DNA from: Malacoraja senta
Lineage: Eukaryota
Assembly: GCA_038087875.1 (NCBI GenBank)
Contig: JAXLNO010000118.1
Span: 1-64,000, forward strand
DNA: 64,000 bases
Direction: 5' to 3'
Of the stretch, positions 1 to 10,789 are shown in pieces. The notes below the pieces were generated by a model. It saw only the letters and a program-made list of their open reading frames with translations. It did no database searches and was not told the DNA's origin. Each line of letters starts with the position of its first letter. Position 1 is the stretch's first letter. The position numbers and the translations under genes were made by a program.

Positions 1-289
1 CAAATGCATGGCAGATGCAGTATAATGTGGTTAAAAGTGAGGTTATCCACTTTGGTGGCAAGAACAGGAAAGTAGACTATTATCTGAATGGTGGCCGATT
101 AGGAAAAGGGGAGATGCAACGAGAACTGGGTGTCATGGTACACCAGTCATTGAAAGTAGCCATGCAGGTGCAGCAAGCAGTGAAGAAAGAGAATGGTATG
201 TTAACCTTCATAGCAAAAGGATTTGAGTATAGGAGCAGGGAGGTTCTACTGCAGTTGTACAGGGTCTTGGTGAGACCACACCTGGAGTC
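1..289 (+). mobile_element. CR1-type LINE fragment, C-terminal part of ORF2 reverse transcriptase
   Basis: Translation ...WQMQYNVVKSEVIHFGGKNRKVDYYLNG...[52 protein letters not shown] matches the CR1 ORF2 post-RT region; similarity stops abruptly at about 289. Confidence 0.9.
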
Positions 290-314
290 TGATTGTCCCC
301 AGCACCGCCCGCCC

Positions 315-480
315 GCCCTGGAGGACCGGCCTGGAGGACCACGGGCGCTCGGCTCACCCCGCCTGGAGGACCACGGGCACTCGGCTCACCATAGCACGGG
401 GGAGCGCGGACCCACCCGGGGGAGACGAGTCGGAAGTGAGGGCGCAGGGCCTCAGCCTGGAAATGACGTCACGGCTGCGC
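315..480. promoter_or_regulatory. CpG-rich patch with ETS (CGGAAGT, 431) and CRE (TGACGTCA, 464-471) motifs and a 30-bp tandem duplication
   Basis: GCCTGGAGGACCACGGGC(G/A)CTCGGCTCACC at 329-358 and 361-390; motifs read directly; function is not shown. Confidence 0.3.
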
Positions 481-679
481 TGCCTGCCTTCCACGCGCGG
501 TGATGACGACAGCGGTGAGGGTGAAGCATGCGCAGCAGTAGAGTTGCTGCCTGACGGACACAATGATGGATCCCTCCCCCCACCCCCACCCTCCCCCTCC
601 CCCACTACCGGGGCTGTCTTGTCTCTTCTCCCCGTCACTTTCAGCCCACTACATCCACATACACAATATTAGAGGCGGC

Positions 680-1475
680 TCCACGCCTTCATCCCCCCTC
701 CCTCTCACACACCCCTCACACGCCCTCCTCACCACCCCCTCACCCCCCCTCACACATCCCCCTAACCCATCCTTTCACACACCTCCTCAACCCCCTCTCA
801 CCCTCCCCTCCCTCACCCCATCATCCCCTCACGCACTCAACACCCCTCTCGCCCCCTCACCCCATTCACCCCCCTTTACCCCCTCACAACCTCCTCCCTC
901 ATCCCCCTCAAATCGCTCCACACCCTCCTCACCCTCTCCCCGTTCACCCTCGCACCCCCCTATTCCCCCCTCACCCACCTCATTGCTCACCCACCTCCCC
1001 ATCTCACCCCCCAACCACCTCACCACCCTCATCCCCCTTCACCCCCCTTACCCACTCACCCCCCTTTCACCTGCTCAACCCTTCTCACCCCCTGCCCCAT
1101 CACCCACATCCCCCCTCACCTCCTCATCCCCTCACCCCCTCACCCACCCTCCCCACCCCTTCAAACCCACCCCATCTCCCTCCCGCTCCTCACCCCCTAA
1201 CACCCTCCTCACCCCCCTTCACCCTACTCACCCCCCTCACCCCCTTTCCCCCTCACCCCATCCCCTCCCTCACCTCACCCCTCTCAACCCCCTCACTTCC
1301 CCATCCCCTCACCCCCTTCAACCCCACTCCCCCTTAACCCCACCCACACCCCCACTCACCCACCCCCCCACTCACCCCCTCCCCATACTCACCGCTCCCC
1401 CTCACCCCCTCCCCTCTCAACCTCTCCCACACACCCACCCCCCTTACCCCCTCTCGCCTCCCCCTTTGCCCCCTC
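680..1475. repeat. C/A-rich low-complexity tract (CACCC/CTCACC-like)
   Basis: Almost G-free degenerate CACCCC repeats; gives a spurious Pro/Ser/Thr/His ORF. Confidence 0.95.
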
Positions 1476-1511
1476 AGGTTGAACCGGACGTGCCTCATGA
1501 GGGGGTGGGTC

Positions 1512-1748
1512 GGGTCAGGCCAGGCAGCATCTGTGGAGAAAAGGGGATGTTTTTTTGGTCACGACCCTTCTTCTGCAGACCTGAAACGTGGCCTATCCAC
1601 GTTGAGCATATATACTGCCTGACCTGTTATGTTACTCCAACACTCTGTGTCTTTTTGTGTATGAACCAGCATCTGCAGTTCCTTGTGTCTGCCAAAGATA
1701 GGCACAAAGTGCTGGGGGAAATATGGGCAACGTTTCAGGTTTCGGGTC
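1512..1748. repeat. Degenerate palindromic short interspersed repeat with relic hammerhead-like motifs (Penelope-like terminal-repeat derivative)
   Basis: AGGCCAGGCAGCATCT (1517-1532) is inverted relative to ATATACTGCCTGACCT (~1610-1625); the centre has GACCCTTCTTC and GACCTGAAACG; a further CGTTTCAGGTTTCGGGTC lies at ~1731-1748. Confidence 0.55.
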
Positions 1749-1769
1749 ATTTGGCTACTTGTCGATGTT

Positions 1770-2530
1770 GTGAGTGTGTTGGTGAGTGTAAGTGTGTGGG
1801 TGAGAGTGTGTGGGAGAGAGTGTAAGGGAGTGTGTGGGGTGAGGGAGTGTGTGGGTGAGTGTGTGAGGCAGTGTGTGGGTGAGGGTGTGTGAGGCAGTGT
1901 GTGGGTGAGGGTGTGTGTGGGTGAGGAAATGTGTGGGTGGGTGAGAGTGGCGTGAGAGAGTGAGGGAGTATGTGGGAGTGTGCGTGAGTGTGGGTATGGG
2001 TGTGTGTGTGTGTATGTGGGTGAGGTGGTGTGTGTGTGTGGGTGGGAGTGGGTGTGGGAATGTGTGAGAAGGTGGGTGAGGCGGTGTGGGTGTGTGGGCG
2101 AGTGAATGTGGGTGTGGGGATGAATGTGAGTGTGGGTATTTGTCGGTGTGGGTATGTGGGAGTGAGTGTGTGTGTGTGGGTGTGGGGGTCTAGAGATGTG
2201 TGTGTGGGAGTGGGTAAGTGTGTGGGTAAGTGGGCATGAGTGGGTGAGTGTGTGGGAGTGGGTGTAAGTGGGTGTGTGTGTGTGTAGGCATGAGTGGGGT
2301 TGTGTGTGGGGGGTGTGCGTGTATGTGTGGGTATGTGAGGGAGTGTGGGTGTGTGTGTGCGGGTGTGTGTGGGAATGGGTAAGTGTGAGTGTATGGGCAT
2401 AAGTGGGTTTGTGTGAGTGTGTGTGGGTATGTGTTTGTGTGGGTTTGTGTGGGTATGTATGAGTGTGTGGGTGAGTGTGTGTGGGTATGTGTGAGTGTGT
2501 GGGTGTGGAGGTGAGTGGGTGAGTGTGTCA
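1770..2530. repeat. G/T-rich low-complexity tract (GTGTGG/GTGGGT-like)
   Basis: Nearly C-free degenerate (GT)n/GGGT repeats. Confidence 0.95.
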
Positions 2531-3044
2531 GTGCACCCGTGCAATATTTTGTTATTATTAAATTAAATATATGTGTTATTGTACTAGTTATGCACTGGAT
2601 GTAGTGATAGGCTATAATCTTGTTTGACCCTCTTGGGAGACTAGCTTCCCCCCCCCCCCCCCCAACAAGCAAAACCTGAAGTGACGTCCCTGTTTGACAC
2701 TCCGGCACCTACAGAATGAGCACTGCAACACTGGGGAGCGTGGGAACTTACACCTCAGTTTGCTCCAGGCTATCAAGTTGAGGGTTTCCATGACATATTG
2801 AAATCACAATAGCATTTCCATCCTTCCCATTAATGTGGTTGCATAAAACATTATGATTTTGTTGGTTAACCTTGATTGGTGGCTACAAGTTTTGTTTTGA
2901 ATTTCTTCCATTTGTTTTACTTAAGTTCTTTTTGAGTTCATTAAATTGATAAAACTGACATTTCTTTATGTTTTTCTACAGCCTGCAAAAATGTGCCAAA
3001 TATATAATGTGGCCCTCATGGAGAAACGTTTGGAGGCCCCTGTT

Positions 3045-3410
3045 GTAAGGTATAATTTAACAACATTACAGTATAAATTAAGGGTAAACAAGCAAGCAAA
3101 TGGTGTCATTTCAAGGTATAATTATCAAAAATGTCCTGTGTAAAGGGTACTTTTCTCTAATTAGAGTAAAGAAGCAAGGAACAGGTATCATGTTACAAGG
3201 AGGTGTAGGTGGAATATAAAATATTTACAATATGACAAGTGTAAACAAGCAAGGTCATTTTAAGGTATGATTATCACACATTTTGTGTGTAAATTAAGAA
3301 GTGACAAGCAAGTAAAGTGTGTTATTTTCAGCTACAATAAATTACAGTATAGATTTAGGGTCAATAGGCAAGAAAATTGTGTCATTTTAAGGTGCAATTA
3401 CCACATTTTT
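3045..3410. repeat. Degenerate ~60-80-bp tandem repeat (about 5-6 units)
   Basis: Recurring AAGGTAT(A/G)ATT...GTAAACAAGCAAG...GTCATTT blocks. Confidence 0.6.
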
Positions 3411-3694
3411 CTGGACCCCAATCTCTCTTCTTCCTTTTTCAGTTTTTTCCTGTCTCACACCTGATGACTAGAGGTCAGTGCGACAGGCCTGTAATCTTTA
3501 AGACCAGCAATCCTTGTCTTTTTGGGTGCAGGGACAATGGTGCAGACTTTGAAGCAGTTAGGGACAGTACAGGTTTGCAGGGACTGGTTGAAAAGCAGTT
3601 TTCCATTATCATGGTTTCAGATTGAATAACTAAGAGATGAGAAAATGGACCATCACTGCTCTAATGAAGTGCGAATATAGACAAGTTAACCATC

Positions 3695-4183
3695 TTGTGT
3701 GTAATTAATTATTATGTGGTTTAGTCTCATTCTGTGCAACATGGACTAATGGATTGACTGATCACCTTCTCAGATTTCCCTGAAAATCAGTGCCTGTACA
3801 TCAGAGCACACAAGTAACACAACAGAAAACAAGGTCTCAACTCCAAATTGCAATGGGCCTTTGGCAAATTTTCGAGCTATATCAATGGTTCATAACTTCG
3901 AAGGAACTTTGAGTTGAAAGTTGATTTTTCTGCTGTGTTCTTTGTACCAGAGGTGTGCAAAACATGATTTTCAATCAAATCTGAGATGGCGACCAGCCGA
4001 CCTTCTTACTTGCTGTTATTTGGTACAGAATCAAATCATCCAATACCAAGCAATTTATGTACAAGTCTCCGATAAACCATCAATGTTTACTGAATTTTGG
4101 TCCTTGGAAATGGGATTTTTGGACCTTGAAAATCTTTGAATTTATAGCTGTTCCAAGTGTACGCACCCTTGGTATGAGAAATA
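3695..4183 (+). repeat. ~490-bp dispersed direct repeat, copy 1 (copy 2 at ~16712-17198)
   Basis: Colinear from TTGTGTGTAATTAATTATTATGT to GGTATGAGAAATAA in both copies, with scattered substitutions and small indels. Confidence 0.92.
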
Positions 4184-4422
4184 AAGTGGATGAGCTTGAG
4201 GCTCCGTTAGAAATTGGCAAGTATAATGTCATGGGAATTAGAGACATGGCTGCAAGAGGACCAGGGCTGGGAACTGAATATTCAGGGGTATACGTACGCT
4301 CGAAAAGACAGACAGGTGGGCAGAGAGGGTGGGGCAGCTCTGTTGGTGAGGAATGAAATTCAGTCCCTTACGAGGGATGACATAGAATCAGGAGATGTGG
4401 AGTCAGTACGGATAGAACTGAG
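4173..4422 (+). mobile_element. CR1 LINE ORF2 N-terminal apurinic-like endonuclease fragment (frameshifted)
   Basis: RNKVDELEAPLEIGKYNVMGI / ETWLQEDQGWELNIQGYTYARKDRQVGREGGAALLVRNEI...VESVRIELR is typical CR1 endonuclease sequence. Confidence 0.88.
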
Positions 4423-4966
4423 GCCCGGACCAGCGAAACTGCCGCCCGCAGCCGCCGACTCTCACCGCCTCCCCGGGCGTGGCCACTGTCGCCGACCTTC
4501 ACTGTCACCACGACCACCGATGCTGCTGCCCGTATCTCTACACCAGCCCCCCCCCCCCAACGGGCCTCCACCAGCGACTCCGCCCGCCGACCCTCCCTCG
4601 TCTCTCCATCGGCCACCAGCGGGCCAGAGCTGTCACCTCACCAGAGTTCCCGGCTCAGCACCAGGCCCACAACCTCCACCATGCAGACAGCACGTGGTCT
4701 GTCTCTGCTGGGTCCTAGTGCTCCCATCCCCCTACAGGGAGTGTAGTGATGGGTCTTCCCCTTCCCCCTCTTATAATCAGGTTACCTCGACCACACACCT
4801 GCTAGATAAAATTCCCCACTTTATTATAGGGAGGTTGCACGGCAGTCAGGTCACGACCCGTGACCCGTACTGTTGCCACGCTACGCCAACTGGAGTACAT
4901 ACGATGAACTTCAGGTAAACACTTACCATTGTTTCCAGCGTAGTGGGCCCGTTAAAAACCGCCGCC

Positions 4967-5186
4967 ATGGCCAATGTTTGCGCTGTAAATAATTATGGAA
5001 ATCGGGGTAAGCGTGAGAGACATTTATCCTACTTCAGAATTCCATAAGTGAGGAGAAATGACGGTAGATAGAAGCAACAGCTGAAGGGACAACAGTAGAT
5101 AAAGTGATTGGCGGACATTGGCCGTGCAAATATCAAGATTGAAAATATTGGGAATTAACACGTTTGCTCACTGCATTTCATCAACA
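4967..5186 (+). pseudogene. THAP zinc-finger exon remnant, left arm (several in-frame stops)
   Basis: GCCGCCATGG Kozak context; MANVCAVNNYGNRGKRERHLSYFRIP*...K*LADIGRANIKIENIGN*HVCSLHFIN, followed by a GTAAG donor-like site. Confidence 0.8.
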
Positions 5187-5734
5187 GTAAGGCATTATTT
5201 GTGTTTTTGCTTGATTCCTTTGGTATCTAAAAAGTTTCACAAGTGATAAATCTGGCTGTAAAATTTTAAAAACGCCCATGGTTCTCAAGTGGGTTTTTAC
5301 ATACAAAACGAAAACACTTCTGAAGCAAAATTTATCCTTCAAAAAATGGCAAACCGTACATGGGTTTTGAATTACATTTGACTCAGATGCAAGCCAAGGA
5401 ATGGCATAATTGTTAGCTGTTAATTGGACATAATCAACCTCAGCAAATTGACAATATCCTATTGGAAGGGAGTGGGTGTTTAAGCTGTCAGAACATTTTA
5501 TTATTTGCCAAAATATACATCTCAATACCATGATAGAAAACTTACTTTTCCACACACCACTTGTAAGTCTGGAGATTTTTTTAATGATAAATTTAGCTTC
5601 AGAAGCATTTTCTTTTTGCATGTAAAAACCCACTTCAGAACCATGAGCGATTTTACAATTTTACAGCCAGATTCATCACTTCTGAAACGTTTTAGATAGC
5701 AAATGAATAAAGAAAAACATACATAATACCTTAC

Positions 5735-5954
5735 TGTTGATGAAATGCAGTGAGCAAAGGTGATAATTCCCAATATTTTCCAATTTGATATCTGCATGAC
5801 CAATGTTCGCCAAGCACTTTAACTGTTGTTGTCCCTTCAGCTCTCGCTTCTCTTTACCTTCATTTCGTTTCACTTTTGGAATTCTGCAGTAGGATAGATG
5901 TCTCTCACGGTTACCCCGATTTCCACAATTATTTACAGCGCAAAAATTCAACAT
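5735..5954 (-). pseudogene. THAP zinc-finger exon, right arm (open frame, conserved Trp replaced by Cys)
   Basis: MLNFCAVNNCGNRGNRERHLSYCRIPKV...KCLANIGHADIK..IGNYHLCSLHFIN has the C-x4-C ... CSxHF C2CH pattern with the conserved Pro; GTAAG donor-like site follows; same 220-nt length as the left copy. Confidence 0.82.
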
Positions 5955-6097
5955 TTTGGCGGTTTTTAACAGGTGGGAAAGTACGCGTTTCTTGCATTAA
6001 TAACATATACCGGAAGTTACGTTTGTCTTCTAAATGGATTGAGCGGCTCCGTGAGTCAAGCCCTATGACCCAGTGACCTTACGTGCAACCCCCCTAT

Positions 6098-6316
6098 AGC
6101 TACTTCCCCACAACTTCAAACAAACTCTGAACATTAATAGCCCATTGCTCTTTATCTGTTTATTTATGTGTGTGTGTATATATATTCAATGGTATATGGA
6201 CACACTGATCTGTATTTATTTATGCCTGCAATATTCTGTTGTGCTGAAGCAAAGCAAGAATTTCATTGTCCTATCTGGGACACATGACAATATACTCTCT
6301 TGAATCTTGAATCTTA
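6098..6316 (+). mobile_element. LINE 3'-end fragment (Rex1/Babar-like) with (CTTGAAT)n tail
   Basis: AGCTACTTCCCCACA start resembles the SFFP C-terminal motif; ends GAATTTCATTGT...ATGACAATATACTCTCTTGAATCTTGAATCTT. Confidence 0.5.
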
Positions 6317-6449
6317 AATCGCTTGGAAATTCAATGCATTAAATCGCTTTGCACTAATCTTGCAGAACCACTTAAAAATGTTAAGTGCAACACATGCATG
6401 GCATTGGAATAACTTTGCACCCTCCTGCAACGTTAAATGCAGCAAATAG
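6317..6449. repeat. ~160-bp minisatellite, left part (continues at 10363-10775)
   Basis: AATGCATTAAATCGCTTTGCA...TGGAATAACTTTGCACCCTCCTGCAACGTTAAATGCAGCAAATA closely matches the units at ~10401 and ~10567. Confidence 0.9.
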
Positions 6450-9400
6450 GTTTTTTTAAATTATTTTTTTTATTTATTTATTTATTCGAACAAGTAAAGA
6501 CATTAAAGACATTAATATTAACAAAATCGAAATTATCAAACAATTGGACATTACAATCAATATTTACAAAGCAATGAGAAGAACAAAATCAAAGTTCCAA
6601 TGTCCAACTCTGTGTCTGTACAAGCTCGAAAAGGAGTGAGAAGAAGAATAACTTATTAAATCTCACCCCTTTTCCCCAACACTTCTACCATATTTAAAAA
6701 TCAATTCATTACTAATAATAATACTACCCTAGGCAATTTCCCATAATACCTACAGACATATATATACATACAACTATTATGTACATACAAACTTCATATC
6801 TGAAGTACCCAAACATAAGTAAACAATAGTAAAGCAAGATAAACATCAACCCCCACTTGTCAACCATCCCCTCCATCCCTGTACCCCTTGAGAATTATTT
6901 TTTTATATATCATTTTAAAATGATTCATGTTTGTGCATTGCTTCAATTCCCCGTTCAATTTATTCCACACTCCTACTCCACAAACCGAAATACAAAAGGT
7001 TTTTCTAGTCGTACGGACTTTTTGTTTCTTAAAATTAAATATTCCTCTTAAATTGTAACCCCCCACACGCTCGTTAAATAATTTTTGAATGTTTCCAGGT
7101 AAATTTTTATTTTTGGCCCTAAACATTATCTGAGCTGTTTTGAATGTAACCAAATCTTCTAATTTTAATAATTTTGACTCTAAAAATAATGGATTCGTAT
7201 GACCCAGATACTTAGCATTATGGATAATACGAATTGCTCTTTTTTGCATCATGGTTAATGAGTGTATCGAATTTTTATAATTATTACCCCAGACTTCTGC
7301 ACAATAATTTAAGTAGGGTAAAATTAATGAACAATAAAGAATACGGAGTGATTTGTAATCCAGAGCTTGCTTGGCTTTGTATAATACAGAGATACTTTTT
7401 GACAATTTTAATTTTACATGTTTAATATGTGATTTCCAGCTTATTTTATCGTCAATTATAACCCCAAGAAATTTATTTTCATGCACTCTTTCAACTTCCA
7501 CCCCATTTATCTTTACACTTACTAGTGTATTTATTCTACAATTACCAAATAACATTATTTTAGTTTTACTCAGATTTAATGACATTTTATTCCTATCAAA
7601 CCATATTTTCAATTTACCCATTTCTTTTATTATTTTATCCAATAGCTGTTTTAAATTTTCCCCAGAACAAAAAATATTTGTATCATCTGCAAACAAAACC
7701 AGCCTCAAGACATTGGACACATTACAAATATCATTTATGTACATGATAAATAATTTTGGTCCCAGCACTGACCCCTGTGGTACACCACACACAATGTCCA
7801 AGCATGTAGAATTATGACTACCCAGATTTACAAACTGTTGCCTGTTACTTAAGTAGCTTTTAATCCAGTCCAGTACTATTCCTCTAATTCCATACCTCTC
7901 CAATTTTTTAAATAAAATATCATGATTAATTGTATCAAATGCTTTTTTATGTCAATGAATATCCCAGCTGCATATAATTTCTTATCAATGGCGTTTGTGA
8001 TGTCTTCAATTAATTCTAGTATTGCAAGTGATGTTGATCTATTTGTTCTGAATCCATATTGACTTTCTGTGATTAATTTATTCTTTTCTACAAATTTGTC
8101 TAATCTATTATTAAACATTTTTTCTAATATTTTGGAAAATTGTGGGAGTAAGGAAACAGGTCTATAGTTTGTAAAATGATGCTTGTTCCCAGTTTTGTAT
8201 ATTGGTATTATTTTTGCTATTTTCATTTGAATTGGAAAAGTACCGGTTTGGAAGGATAAATTACAGATGAATGTTAAAGGTTTGGAGATCCCCTCAATGA
8301 CCAGCTTAACTAGCGACATGTCAATGTCATTGAAATCGGTAGACTTTTTATTTTTACATGTTTTGACAATATCCAACAGTTCTTTTTCTTCTACTGCCGT
8401 AAGAAACATAGAGCAGGGATTTCTCTCCACTAAATTCTCAGGAGTTTCTCCAGATGTCCCTGAATCAGGGATTTGTTTAGCCAGGTCTGGTCCAATATTT
8501 ACAAAAAATTATTAAAGCTATTAGCTATATCTTCCATATTGTAATTTTCCTTATCCTTATCAATAAAATACTTCGGGTAATTTGTTCTCCCCGGACCATT
8601 TCTAATAATGCTATTAAGTATGCTCCATATTCTTTTTATATTGTCTTTATTGTCATCTAATTTCTTCTTATAATAATCTTTCTTGCTTTCTCTTATGATG
8701 TAAGTTAATTTATTTTTATACTTTTTATATTTATTTTCTGTATCTTTAGTTCTCTCTCTTATAAAATCTCTGTATAGGGCTTTTTTTTTTTACAAGCATT
8801 TTGTAATCCCTTTGTAATCCATGGACATTTAGTATATTTTGATTTTCTATTATATCTTTAATTGGACAATTTTTATCATATAATGACTTAAACATAGCAA
8901 TAAATGTTTCATAAGCACTATCAATGTCTCTTTTTGCTATATTATATCCCAGTTTTGTGCCAATAGATCCTTTTTTAGTGCATTGATAGCTTCCTCCGAT
9001 CTCACTCGTCTATATTCTATTAATTTGTTTGGTTTGTTGTTCCTGTGGATATTATCATAAACTATAAAAACTGGCAGATGGTCACTTATATCATTAATTA
9101 ATAATCCACTTACTATTTTATTTTCCACATCATTATTAAATATATTGTCAATGAGTGTAGCGCAATGGGAAGTAATTCTACTCGGTCTAGTGATTTTAGG
9201 AAATAGACTCATGCTGTACATAGTATTAATAAAATCTTCTGTAAGGTTGTGTTGATTAGGATTTAGTAAGTCAATATTGAAATCTCCACATAAAAACACT
9301 GATTTACTACTTGTTGTTGAAAACATACTCTCCATCCAAACCCTGAAGATTTCAATACTTGACCCCGGTGCCCTATATATACAACTAATGATTACATTTT

Positions 9401-10367
9401 ATTTCCACCATTAATTATTTCTATAGTTATACATTCATGCAGATTGTCAACCACAGTTGTCATATTATCTACTACCTTATAATTCAGAGTTGTATCCACA
9501 TATAGTGCTACCCCTCCTCCCCCCTTATTTTTTCTATTGATGTAATTGAAATCATATCCGTCCATCTCAAAATCAATTCCCTTTTCCTGATTAATCCATG
9601 TTTCAGATATTGCGATGACATTGAATGGCTGTAAATTTTTTTGTAAATACTCTTTAATACTATTGAAATTCGCATAGAGGCTCCTGCTATTAAAGTGGAT
9701 AATAGATAATTTGCCTTTTGCATTAATATTCTGATTATACTGTTCCTCTGTGTAGTAGCAGCAGATATTTTTGTCGTTAGAATTAAAGTAAAAATTATTG
9801 TCCGGGTCTATATCGTATTCCAAATCCTGTAAATTGTGATCGGTATATTCAAATGGTTGTAACTTCAGTTGTTTCTTTTCGCTTATTATTTTAATTACTT
9901 GACTGCCATTTCCAGATGTAAATGACTGAATTCCTTCAGTGTATGCCATAGTTGCGTGTGTAAATAAATTTCACCTCACAATCCCGTTTTATGATCATTG
10001 GTATTTGTCCAGGTCTGCAGTATCTCTAATGACCAGCACTTTGGCTTCCTCTGGTGTTCCATTTAATTTAATAAAGATTTTACAGTTTGCAGTCCAGGTA
10101 TTTAGTATTTTTTTTCTGTTTCTTAAGGTATCGTGCTTGTCGGGCTATGTCGGCATTTCGTTTTGTTAGGTGTTCATTCATAAATACTTTTGTTCCCTTC
10201 AACTGTCTTCCTTGTTTTAGGAGACTAACTTTATATTTCCTGTTGATAAACCTTATTATGATGGCTGGTTTGTCATCGCTATTTTTATCCTCTTTGGATT
10301 TTCTCCTGGGCAGGGGGTGACAAGCCTCGATGTTATCGCAGTCCAAGTGTATTCCTTTTGACTGCAT
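6450..10367 (-). mobile_element. 5'-truncated non-LTR retrotransposon of the L2/CR1 group (Crack/Daphne-like): ORF1 C-terminus, ORF2 (APE + RT), 3' UTR and (TAAA)n/poly(A) tail
   Basis: ORF1 IEACHPLP..PAIIIRF.NRK..LKGTKVFMNEHLT; APE IIHFNSRSL, IAISETW, GGGVALYV, CGDFNIDLL, TLIDNIF, ISDHLPVF; RT NYRPVSLLP, QYGFR, GVPQGSVLGP, LFADDT; tail at 6450-6486. Confidence 0.9.
6860..9949 (-). pseudogene. LINE ORF2 (endonuclease + reverse transcriptase), broken by frameshifts
   Basis: Pieces 9392-9949, 8937-9335, 7876-8430 and 6860-7903 are colinear; several breaks lie at A/T homopolymers (~7885, ~8505, ~8785). Confidence 0.88.
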
Positions 10368-10775
10368 TCAAGTGATATTGTAACCCCCCCTCGGAAGTTA
10401 AATGCATTAAATCGCTTTGCAATAATCGAGCAAAACCCCTCAGATGTTAAATGCAACGAATGCATCGCATTGGAATAACTTTGCACCCTCCTGCAATGTT
10501 AAATGCAGCAAATACGTTGCATTCAAGTAATATTGCAACCTGCCCCCCAACCCCGCTTGGAAGTTCAATGCATTAAATCGCTTTGCACTAATCTTGCAGA
10601 ACTCCTCAAAAATGTTAAATGCAACAAATGCATCGCGTTGGAATAACTTTGCACCATCCTGCAACGTTAAGTGCAGCAAATGCGTCGCATTAGTGATATT
10701 GCAACCCCCAGGGATGTGAAATGCATTAAATTGATTGCAATAATCTTGCAAAACCCCTCAGATATGAAATGCAAC
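10363..10775. repeat. ~155-166-bp minisatellite, right part (about 2.5 units)
   Basis: AATGCATTAAAT unit anchors at 10401, 10567 and 10720. Confidence 0.9.
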
Positions 10776-10789
10776 GGTGATGTCACAGA

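Larger units (their letters stand above)
4828..6095. mobile_element. Non-autonomous palindromic DNA transposon, ISL2EU (PIF/Harbinger-related) type, with THAP-encoding inverted arms
   Basis: 14-bp TIRs AGGGAGGTTGCACG (4828-4841) and CGTGCAACCCCCCT (6082-6095), 1 mismatch; flanked by AT at 4826-27 and 6096-97 (AT target duplication is characteristic of ISL2EU); long internal inverted repeats ~4951-5345 vs ~5575-5970. Confidence 0.8.

Noticed and set aside
563..2708. Pro/His/Thr-rich extensin- or mucin-like ORFs
   Set aside because: Translations of low-complexity CACCC and GT tracts
5676..5954. Functional host THAP gene
   Set aside because: It lies within TIRs, has an inverted pseudogenised twin, lacks the conserved Trp, and no downstream exon is identifiable
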